Of a stretch of DNA of 64,000 nucleotides, positions 53,811 to 64,000 are shown one piece after another. The stretch lies in NCBI RefSeq assembly GCF_009914755.1, contig NC_060927.1; one strand, 5' to 3'. The DNA is from the human T2T-CHM13v2.0 reference genome, Homo sapiens. How positions within the stretch are numbered: position 1 is the first letter of the stretch; every line of letters begins with the position of its first letter. Below the pieces are notes generated by a model. It saw only the letters and a list, made by a program, of their open reading frames with translations, made no database searches and had not been told where the DNA came from. The position numbers were made by a program, and so were the translations under genes.

Positions 53811-54557
53811 AATGAGAATTGGGAAATGAATACACCCGCATTTTTAAATAAAGTCTTAGACTAACAGTGTCCTGGTTCCTTCTCATCCACACCTTTCTCT
53901 GACGTCATTTTAGGCAGTTTTAGAGAGGTGAGCTTATTTTGAACGTATTTTGTGACTCATTAAATATCTCATTCACCATAATCTCCCCAGTCTCTGGCTG
54001 AATGCCAAGCAGATAGCAAGTGCTCAATTAATACCTTGTTTAATGGAATTGATGGTTCTCTTTTACCTGCCTGGGTAGAGATCACCTGGCCAGAGCATCA
54101 TACTTCACAGGGGAAAGCTGTTGTACAGAACAGGCACGGCCTCATGCTTATTTAATACCCTAATAAAGGAGCTTTCCCACTAGATAATGTGATCCGGAGT
54201 GGACGGTTAATCACAGCTGGTCAATATTTATGAGGCCAGAAACCCAGCTGTGCCGTATGAGTTATTTACAAGCCAATTCTGGAGCCCATAAGCCTGCCTG
54301 TGAGACCCACCTGTTCCTAGGAACTGGAGCTAGTGAGACCGCCAAGGCGTGAAGTAGAGACCCTGTCCTCATCCCAGCAATTCAAATGACAACTCAGATG
54401 CCCCCCTGCTATCTTCCTGGAGCAGTAGGCATTTCTTTTGAATAAAAAGCTAAGCTTTGGCTTTTCTTCACTGCAAGCTTCAACACTCCCTTTACCAACC
54501 CCCTCCAGGTAATCACAGCAAAAACAGAAAAATCAGACAAGCACCAGGTACCCTAAG

Positions 54558-54740
54558 GCACTGGTTTTTCAACCTGGCTGTGCATTAGAAGCACCTGGGG
54601 GTGCTTGTTGATACTGCAAGTACTAGAGTCTCACCTAGCCCTGCAAGTGGGGCTGGGTACTGGGGCTTTTAAACATGCTGGGTGCCTGAGATTTGGGGTA
54701 CCTGAAACCAATTTACAGATTCACTCTGAGAACTGCTGCT
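54558..54740. mobile_element. MER5A/B
   Basis: ttttcaacctggctgtgcattagaagcacctgggg...tgagaactgctg. Confidence 0.75.
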
Positions 54741-54932
54741 TCTAAGGCCCGTGGATTTAAAAGCAAAATGCCGCACATGTGGGCATTCAGACTAATTGTG
54801 GAGATTCTTCAGATCTTGAAATAAGACATATCTGGTCTATGTGAGAAGCAGCATGGAATCATAAAAAAGCTCAGGCTTTGGGGTCTGAGAGATGCCCTGC
54901 CTGGTTCTGCATCTTCCCAGCTGTGTGGCTTT

Positions 54933-55358
54933 AGTTGTGCTGAACCCCTCTTAACCTCAGCGGATTCAAGACGCTGAAGACAGAGCCGGCAAAGGAGACA
55001 TGAGATTTTATTTGGGGCTTCCGTACAGGGGAGAGTCCAGCAGCAGCGGGCTGGGCAGGAGAACCGCAACCCCCTGCACACAACATGCAGTTTATGCAGT
55101 ATTTTCACTTAACACCCTTCCCCTAACGACCTCCACTTGGCAACCTTCATTTGACCCCAAACTCAGGGCCTCGATCCCCTGTACGGCCTGTGTGCCACAG
55201 GACAGGCCAGGGGCTCAGATGTTTATAGATCAGGAATGATATCTGGGCTGGTCACCCCCGGATTCCCTAGTTCGGAACACACATTCAGGAGCATCTGCCA
55301 TACAGGGTCAGTCTAAGGGTGTGATGAAGCTATTGCTATTAGGTGTGTTTACCCCACA
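54933..55358 (-). mobile_element. Solo LTR copy D, LTR47-like, inserted in a MIR (54840-55440)
   Basis: gggcctcgatcccctgtac...aacacacattcagg...tctgccatacagggtca...gtgtttaccccaca. Confidence 0.85.
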
Positions 55359-55459
55359 GCACATCATTTGCACTCTCTGAACCTGTGTCTTTACCATAAA
55401 AGTGGATAATAAAGGTTATTGGGAGGATTCATGAGTTTAGCACAAGGAAGAGGGAAAAT

Positions 55460-55830
55460 ATAGCAAGCACCTACCTGTTCCCAGCAATGTACCAGACAAC
55501 GGAGATAAAGTGGTACATAAGAAACAGCCCTTGCCCTCTTAGAGCTTGTAGCCTAGTCTAAGGGACAGACATGAAATAATTAAAACAAACAGGTCATTGC
55601 ACGTGTGATAAACTCAGCGAAAGAAAAGCATAGCATATTACCGGAGCGTGAAACTGATGACCGTCAGCTCCTCTGAGGGTCGGTGATAGGACATCCAATT
55701 AGAGAGCTGCAGAGGAGGAGGAGTACCAGGCCATGGAAGGGGTTGGAGGCTAGAAGGGGCTTTCCAGGCAGAGGGAGCAGAGTTTTCAAAAGTCCTGTGG
55801 CAGGATTGAGCGGTCAGGAAGCTAAAAGGT
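55460..55830 (-). mobile_element. L2 fragment
   Basis: agcacctacctgttcccagc...cttgccctcttagagctt...ttccaggcagagggagcag. Confidence 0.7.
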
Positions 55831-56789
55831 ATTCTAGAAAACCCTTTGCGAATAAAGTTTAAAGCTTCCCCAATTTAAACAGAAATGGAGCCCTGCCTAA
55901 ATGTAAAGGCTACTAAGTAGAACTTGCTTATTGTGGCAGACAAGCTGTGGGGTTCTGGCCAGTTGTCTGCATCCGTCTCTGAGAATTCTTTTCCTTCAGC
56001 CACGGGGGAAGGAAGGCCCCTTCAGCCTAATGGGACCTGCGTAAGCCCACCCCTCTTCTGCAGCTGTTCGGCCAGGAGCGAGCTTTGGTTGGCTTCTTGC
56101 CGCTTAAATATTTCTCTCTCTCTCTCTGAATCAAGAAACAGAGATGAGAGAGTTGGCCGTTTAGTTACTTTAATGGCGCAACTTTAGAATGTCTAGACTT
56201 CTGCTTCAGAGAGATGCCTGGCTCCTACCTTCTGATAAGGCTGGCAGGTGAGCATTTCCTTAAATTCCACTCAAGTAGCCAATGTGAGTAGGTTATCATT
56301 CTTTATAACTAAACAACCTCTAGATCCTTCCACCTCCACCTCCACCTGGGGTTCTACAAGGCCCCATGGGCTAGGAAAGCCCGGCATTCATCAGGTTAAA
56401 TCCCACCAGATTTGTATCTCTTCTGGTCCTGGTCATTTCCGTTGCTGACCCCCTGGAAGAATGAGTTCCTGTGAATGGCTTCACGGTCGTGGCTCTCAGG
56501 TAATTCCCATCAGATGGTGGCTGGCAGGTGCGACAAGTCGCTGTGGAGCCGCACACTGGGATTGCTGAAGCTCTACTCACAGTGTCCCGACCTAGCAGAA
56601 CATTCCCTAGCAAAGAACAGGGCCTGACATAACTCCCTTCCACACCTCGGCTGATATTCCTCTAAAATGGCAAAGCAAGGTTGTACATCCACAGGTCCCT
56701 GCCGTCCACGGACCCCCTACCCAACACAGTGAGACTCTTCTGAGGCCCGGGAAGTGGTTGGGAAACCCTGGAGGTGGGTAGGATGGGAT

Positions 56790-56915
56790 TTAATATTTAC
56801 TGAACAGTTACTCTACAACAGGCGTAGTACTGGGTATTTTTTTTTTCAGTTGACTCTCACTGTCACCTGTGAAGTAAATATCTTTTCCTATTTTACAGTG
56901 AGAAAACTGAAGTTC
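56790..56915 (-). mobile_element. MIR
   Basis: cctattttacagtgagaaaactgaag. Confidence 0.7.
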
Positions 56916-57162
56916 TGAATTTAAAAACATGTTCATTTGCAATTATGTAGCTCAAATTACAATCCACCTATGTTCTGCACCTTTCAATAGCCATGTGACT
57001 CACCCTTTTAATGAAAGCTTCAGGGAAGTAAGGTAAGGACACTGGAACTATTGCAAAGACGGACAAAGGGGCTGCGTGATAGCAGACCTCCAGAGCCATG
57101 ATGACAACAAGAAGGGGGATGTTTTCACCCCACACCCCTAGAGGAACTTAAGGGCAGCCTTC

Positions 57163-57165
<3 letters not shown>

Positions 57166-57202
<37 letters not shown>
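57166..57202 (+). repeat. (TG)18 microsatellite
   Basis: Directly visible. Confidence 0.98.
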
Positions 57203-57204
<2 letters not shown>

Positions 57205-57234
57205 AGAGGATAATTAAAAAGAAAAAACATATAT

Positions 57235-57594
57235 TGTATCAACCCATTCTCTCGCTGCCATGGAGAAACACCAGAGACTGCATAATTTATTTTGTTAAAA
57301 AAGAGTTTTAATTAACTCACAGTTCCACATGGCTGGGGAGGCCTCAGGAAACTTACAATCACGGTGGAAGGCACCTCTTCACAGGGTAGCAGGAGAGAGA
57401 ATGAGTGCCTAGCAAAGGGGGAAGCCCCTTATAAAACCATCAGCTCTCATGAGAGCTAACTCACTGTCATGAGAACAGGGGAAACCACCCCCATGATTCA
57501 ATGACCTCCACCTGGTCCCTCCCATGACACGTGGGGATTACAGGAACTACAATTCGAGATGAGATTTGGGTGGGAACACAGTTAAACCATATAA
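57235..57594 (-). mobile_element. THE1C/D solo LTR
   Basis: ctcacagttccacatggctggggaggcctcaggaaacttacaatc; TSD TATAT. Confidence 0.93.
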
Positions 57595-57680
57595 TATATA
57601 TAGCTGCATATCTATCTATCAATCATCTATAATCTATCTGCCCTCAGAAATCTCAATTCCTGACTGTTCAGGAGAAGATG

Positions 57681-57749
57681 GAGAAGAGCCACATAATGTG
57701 GGCCTTCGAGTGATTCTGGATGGGCAGTGTGCCTTTTAAAGTGGTTGAG
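57681..57749 (+). repeat. 69-bp direct repeat, copy 1
   Basis: 60/69 ungapped identity to 58376-58444. Confidence 0.92.
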
Positions 57750-57779
57750 GGTGCACTGGTTTCTTTTTATTAATCTGGA

Positions 57780-58010
57780 AATGTAGCAGGCTGTGGTACC
57801 ATATCAAGAGCCCCAGACTCAGTCAGAAGCCCTTGGTTCCATTTCTGATCTTGCTCTTTCCTAGCTGTGTGACCTTGAGCAAATCCTTATCTTCTCTGAT
57901 CTTCAATTTCTACCTTTGTAAAATTGTACTAATAATGACACCTAACTTAAAAGCTTTTTAGGAGGGTTATTCCCCTCATTTTTGCAAGCGAGGAAACTGA
58001 GGCTTAGACA
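57780..58010. mobile_element. MIR (+) followed by a MIR core (-)
   Basis: ctagctgtgtgaccttgagcaa; gaggaaactgaggcttaga. Confidence 0.8.
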
Positions 58011-58033
58011 TTCATTCATTCTTCCTATAGACA

Positions 58034-58335
58034 TTTTTTATTTTTGAGATGGAGTATTGCTCTGTTGCCTAGGATGCAGTAGAGTGGCATGATCAACAGC
58101 TCACTGCAGCCTCAAATTCCAGGGCTCAAGCAATCCTCCCACCTCAACCTCTTGAGTAGCTGGGACCACAGACACGTGCTGCTACACCTGGATAATTTTA
58201 TTTATTTAATTTTTTTGTAGAGATAGGGTCTTGTCATGTTCCCCATGCTGGTCTTGAACTCCTGGACTCAAGCAATCCTCCCACCTTGGCCTCCCAAAGT
58301 GCTGGGATTCGCGGTGTGAGCCACTGCACCTGGCC
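58034..58335 (-). mobile_element. AluJ
   Basis: Antisense Alu; TSD approximately atagacattt/acagacgttt. Confidence 0.92.
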
Positions 58336-58375
58336 ACAGACGTTTATTGAAGAATGATATAATGGGAGGGACAAA

Positions 58376-58444
58376 GAGAAGAGCCAGATAAAGCAGGTCT
58401 TTGAGTGATCCTGAATGGGCAGTGTGCCTTTTAAAATGGTTGAG
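58376..58444 (+). repeat. 69-bp direct repeat, copy 2
   Basis: 60/69 ungapped identity to 57681-57749. Confidence 0.92.
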
Positions 58445-58635
58445 AAACGTTGTTCTAAAGATCAAAGATAAAATAGAGAGAAAGCAGAGAAGAGTCTGCA
58501 ATGCTGAGCTTCAGGGACCTCAATGTAGACCTCCAAAGACAAAGACATACATATTCTGTCTGGTTCCTGGCCTTTCAGGAATCTTGGGAAATCCTGGGTG
58601 AAACTATTTCATTTCTGGACAATAGGATGGGGTTG

Positions 58636-59108
58636 TGTGTGAGTCAGGGTCCTGGCAGAAAAAGCACAAAGGGGTGATTAAGGAGGTGTTCATAAAGATT
58701 CATCTTACAAATGGAGGTATAAGGAAAACTGAGGAGGAACAAGGAAGCACAGCCCAGCTAATACAGAGAGGAGCTGCTTCCCTTTCCACAGATCCAGTCC
58801 TGAAGGGCTAAAGGGAAGGAACAGTTTCTGGAACTAACAAGAGCCATGACTCCAACAGTGGAGCTGAGAGGAACTGTGGCCTTGGAAAAAGGAGCATGGC
58901 CTCTGCCCTTGGCTAGGGACTGAGGAAGTCAGGAGGAAGAAATAACCCAATCTCTTTCTGTTCCCCTCAACATTCTCCTATTGGTGCCTCCCATTGGCTG
59001 AATCAGAATAGAAGCTGGAAAGTAAGGGAGCTCACTGATGCAGCCTTGGAGATCAGTCCCACCTGAGACACGGAATGGGGTGGAAAAAGTGGGAGAATGC
59101 CCAGCACA
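58636..59108 (-). mobile_element. LTR33-like ERVL solo LTR
   Basis: gagtcagggtcctggcagaaaa...cctgaagggc...tgcctcccattggctgaa...cagcaca. Confidence 0.75.
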
Positions 59109-59447
59109 ACTCCTTACAAAGAAGAAGGGTACAGAAGTCCATTTTAGAAGGCAAGGTCTATGTATGTTGGGGAAGAAAACTACTGAGAGGCCCTTTAGCT
59201 AATTGAAAGGAGAAAGTGGTTCCATTGGCAGGGACAATCTGGCATTCCCTAATGGCCACATATCAAAGGAAGGCTTTGATTTGGCATCTCTTGGCACATG
59301 TACCTGTTTGGTATTGAAAAGTCAGTTCCAGAAAGCAAGACGTGAATCAACTCCCCAGTAAAGAGTTAGATTGGATTGCCACTTGATATTCTAAAAGAGG
59401 TGAAGAAATGGAATGTTTATCTCCTTGAAACTTATAGAATGTTATTT

Positions 59448-59800
59448 TGTGGACACTGTGGTGCGTCACCTAGTCCCCCTTCAGGAATGAGGGACTTACA
59501 CCCTGACTGCTGGTAGCCCGATGCAGGGACTGGCTCTGATGAGTCCAGCAGGTGGGTGTTGTATCCAATGACTGATCAAGGTGTGGAGGTAAAGGCCCAT
59601 TCCCTTCATCCCAACTAGGGTTGACGCTGAATGGCCAGCCCAGCTCCAGAGTGCCCCTTGGGGGCATTTAGCCATCAACAGGGTGCATTGCAAACCAGCT
59701 TCTCCCTCTGCCCAGTCCAGCTTCCTTCTCCTCCTTTCCTTGGGTATAAACCTCAAGAGCATGTGGGGCACACCCTGTATCCCAGAGTCTACTTCCTGAC
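59448..59800 (+). mobile_element. LTR16A-like ERVL LTR
   Basis: ccccttcagga...ccaatgactgatc...ccagctccagag...cttctccctctgcccagtcc. Confidence 0.75.
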
Positions 59801-60202
59801 ACTCCCACAAGCACAGTTATTAGAAGCTCCCTTATTAGCAATCCTTAAAAACAAAACCACTGTTGAGAGTTGACAAGCAGTAACAATAACAGACATCTGT
59901 GAAGCTTCATACTTCACTCAGCACTCATCACTCACTTAGTCTTCCCAGCAATCTGGAAAGGTTGGCAGACACTTGGAGGACTGGTGCCTTCCCTATTTTA
60001 TTGTCTCACAAACAGGATGCCCAGCGTGGATGGGTATCAGCAAAATCCTGTTGTAGGCAGTAATTAGAAAATTTAGGATGATGATTGCCAAACTGTTTGA
60101 TGAAACATGAGTACGCTACCAGATGTTAACAGGTGTTCTGTTTTAAAAAGTGGGAGTGATGTGTAGTCATATATTTTTGGAAAAGACTAAAATTGGTTTC
60201 TT

Positions 60203-60507
60203 GGCTGGGTGTGATGGCTCATGCCTGTAATCTCAGCACTTTGGGAGGTCAAGGCAGGAGGATCGCTTGAGCCCAGAGTTTGAGACCAGACTGGGCAAGA
60301 TTCTTGCTGTCTCTATCTCTTTACAAACAAAAAATAAAACAATTAGCTGGTTATGGTGGTGTACACCTGTAGTTCCAGTTACTCAGGAGGCTGAGGCAGG
60401 AGGATTGCTTAAGCTTGGGAGGTGAAGGCTACAGTGAGCTGTGATCATGCCACTGCACTCCAGCCTGGGTAACAGAGTGAGACCCTGTCCCAAAAAACAA
60501 CAAAAAC
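60203..60507 (+). mobile_element. AluJ
   Basis: Full dimer. Confidence 0.92.
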
Positions 60508-61002
60508 GGGCTCTGGGGAGATGGGGAGGAAAAGCTTGGGGCTTTCTCCAGAGCCAGGTGGATTTTCCCAGAGCTTCTGGCTTCCTAGTCGACTCCGCTG
60601 AGGCTGTTGAAGGCACTGATGCTTTCAAGAGAGCAAATGAGAAGGAGAAAAATAAGCCTGGGTAGTTGTGTTCCAGCTGACTGATGTGGCAACGGCTCCT
60701 GCTGCTCTCCAGGGCTTTGGTCTGCTCCTGCTCACGACCCTCCATGACAGGAGTCCCTGGCTGAAGCCCAGAGCAGCCAACTCTTTTCTTGAGGCTAACT
60801 CTATCTCTTTGGTCCAGAAAATATCAAGCCAGAGTTCAAGTATGAGCCTGGCTATCTGATAGCAGGGAGGAAAATGCAAACCAACATTGAATAATATTCC
60901 TCTGCCTCATATTTACTTAGTGAATTCTCAATGATTTCCATGAATAGAGAGATCAGAAATGTGGCCAATCCCAAACAGCAGATCATTCCTAAGTCTGATT
61001 AG

Positions 61003-61930
<928 letters not shown>

Positions 61931-62045
61931 TCTGGTAAGCAAGAAAACTTTCTGTTCCTCTATTTTCTCATGTGTGAAATGTGGATGGCTAATAGCATCT
62001 ATCTTGTAGGCTGTTGTGCGGATTACAGGAAATAATGCTGTAAAG

Positions 62046-62589
62046 CAAGGGTCTCCAACCCCAACCGCACCGCCCACCCCGTCCCCCGCCCTGGTAGCAG
62101 TCTGTGGCCTTTTAGGAACCAGGTCACACAGCAGGAAGTGAGGAGTGGGAGAGCCAGTGAAGCTTCACCTGTGTTTACAGCTGCTCCCAATTGCTCACAT
62201 TACTGCCTGAGCTCCGCCTCCTGTCAGATCAACTGCGGCATCAGATTCTCAAAGGAGCACAAACCCTATTGTGAACTGCACATGCAAGGGATCTAGGTTG
62301 TTCACTCTTGATGATAATCTAATGCCTGATGATCAGTCACTTTCTCCCATAACCCCAAGATGGAACCGTCTAGTTGAAGGAAAACAAGCTCAGAGATCTC
62401 ACTGATTCTACATTATGGTGAGTTGTATAATTATTTCATTATATATTACAATGTAACAATAATAGAAATAAAGTGTACAAAAAATGTAATGTGTTTGAGT
62501 CATCCCAAAACCATCCCCACACCCCTATTAGTGGAAAAATTGTCTTCCATGAAACCAGTCCCTGGTGCCAAAGAGGTTGGGGACTGCTG
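62046..62589 (+). mobile_element. MER1A hAT-Charlie transposon, inserted in a MIR
   Basis: Terminal inverted repeats; TSD ctgtaaag/ctctaaag. Confidence 0.93.
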
Positions 62590-62608
62590 CTCTAAAGCAC
62601 ACACAGAG

Positions 62609-63648
62609 CATGTTAGTGATCTATTACAGCTGACCCTTGAACAACATGGAGGCTAAGGGTACACAGTTGAAAATTTGGATATAACTTTTGATTCCCCAAA
62701 ATCTTAACTGCTAATAACCTACTGTTGACCAAAAGCCTTACTGATAACATAAACAGTCAATGAAGACATATTTTGTATGCTCATGTATTGAAGCATATAG
62801 GTGGCTGTATTCTTACAATAGAGTCAGCTGGAGGAAAGAAAATGTTATTAAAATCTTAAAGAAGAGAGAATATATTTACTATTCATTAATCATAAAGGTC
62901 TTCATCCTCATTGTTTTCAAGTTGAGTAGGTTGAGGAGGAGGGGGAAGAGGAGGAGTTGGTCTTGCTGTATCCAGTTGGCAGAGGCAGAAGAGGTGGAGG
63001 AGCTGGAAGGGGAGGCAGGAGAGGCAGGCATGCTCAATGTAACTTTTATTGAAAAAAACCTGCATATAAGTAAACCTGCATAATTTAAACCCATTTTGTA
63101 CAAGGATCGACTGTACTCTCTAACAAACCACCCCAAAACTTAATGACTTGAAACCACAGCAATCATTTATTGTACCTCACAGTTTGCATGGATAATTCAG
63201 ATGGAGTACACTTGGGGCCGCTTAGCTCTGCTCCACTATCTGGGGGGCTGCAGCTGGAAGACTTGGAAGCTAGGGGCTGGGATCATCTGAAGGCCTAATC
63301 AGGGCTGGAGCATCCATTTCCAAGGTGACTCACACACATGGCTGGCAAATTGGTGCTGGATATTGGCCAAAGGCATCAGTTTCTCCCCACACAGGCCTTT
63401 CCTGAAGACTGCTTGAGTGTCCTCACAACATGGCAGCTGCCTTCCTCCAGAGCAAGCTATCCAAGAGGCAAAGGCAGATGCCTCAATGTCTTTTATGGCA
63501 TAACCTCAGAAGTCACATACCATTCCTTATGTAATATTCTTCTGCTCACACAGGTCAACTCTGCTTCATTGTGGGAAGGGACTACCCAAGGGCATGTGTA
63601 CTAGAAGGTAAGGACGACAGAGGGCCATCTTGGAGGCTGGCCACCAAA
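62609..63648 (-). mobile_element. MLT1F/G/H LTR, split by Tigger2
   Basis: gttagtgatctatt[Tigger]...taacaaaccaccccaaaacttaatgactt...gccatcttggaggctggccacca. Confidence 0.85.
62627..63113 (-). mobile_element. Tigger2a/b DNA transposon
   Basis: TA|cagctgacccttgaacaac ... gtacaaggatcgactg|TA. Confidence 0.9.
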
Positions 63649-64000
63649 CAAAGTGATAGACGCATAATAAGAACTCAATAATATGAGCTATTGTTTTCAT
63701 TCTAAGAACAAAAGAGGGCCCCTTGGTAAAGACTTCACTCTGGAGAGGCAAGAAACTGAGAGCCAAGTTTCCCACCTGGTGCTCACCCAGCTCCTCCCAG
63801 CCACTGCTCCCTGGGGGTACACAGCTTATTCTCTGCTTGATGAAAGGTCTGCCTCTCTAACCTTCCCTGGAGCCAGGCAGGTGGCACTTGGCTTTCAGCA
63901 TGCATCTCAGCAGGCAAAGTAAACAGAGGGTGCAGAGATATCCATAATGCTGTAATTAAGCAGAGAAAGGTGCTAACTGCAAATCCGGAGCTCCAAATGT

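Overview
Hominid (human-like) genomic DNA: AluY, an SVA and a HERV-H LTR7 are present. The window is non-coding, either intergenic or deep intronic. I found no intact protein-coding gene, RNA gene or CRISPR array, and the listed ORFs are almost all repeat-derived or chance ORFs. Roughly half or more of the window is interspersed repeat (Alu, MIR, L1, L2, MaLR/ERVL/ERV1 LTRs, hAT and Tigger transposons), often nested. All repeat family names are recognised by eye from memory of consensus sequences. Highlights: (1) an old ERVL-type LTR (17056-17709) carries a decayed fragment of apolipoprotein A-IV (APOA4) coding sequence. (2) A patchwork segment at ~23612-23983 is made of an inverted copy of 20701-20749 joined to a direct copy of ~16985-17280, including an LTR-into-LTR junction. 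(3) Four solo LTRs of one family (LTR47-like) lie within 16 kb, two of them back-to-back. (4) A solo LTR7 has a 51-bp tandem unit and nearby splice donors. (5) A 5'-truncated SVA lacks a target-site duplication (TSD). (6) A 69-bp non-repeat direct duplication lies at 57681/58376. (7) Several homeodomain-motif-rich unique blocks look like enhancers.
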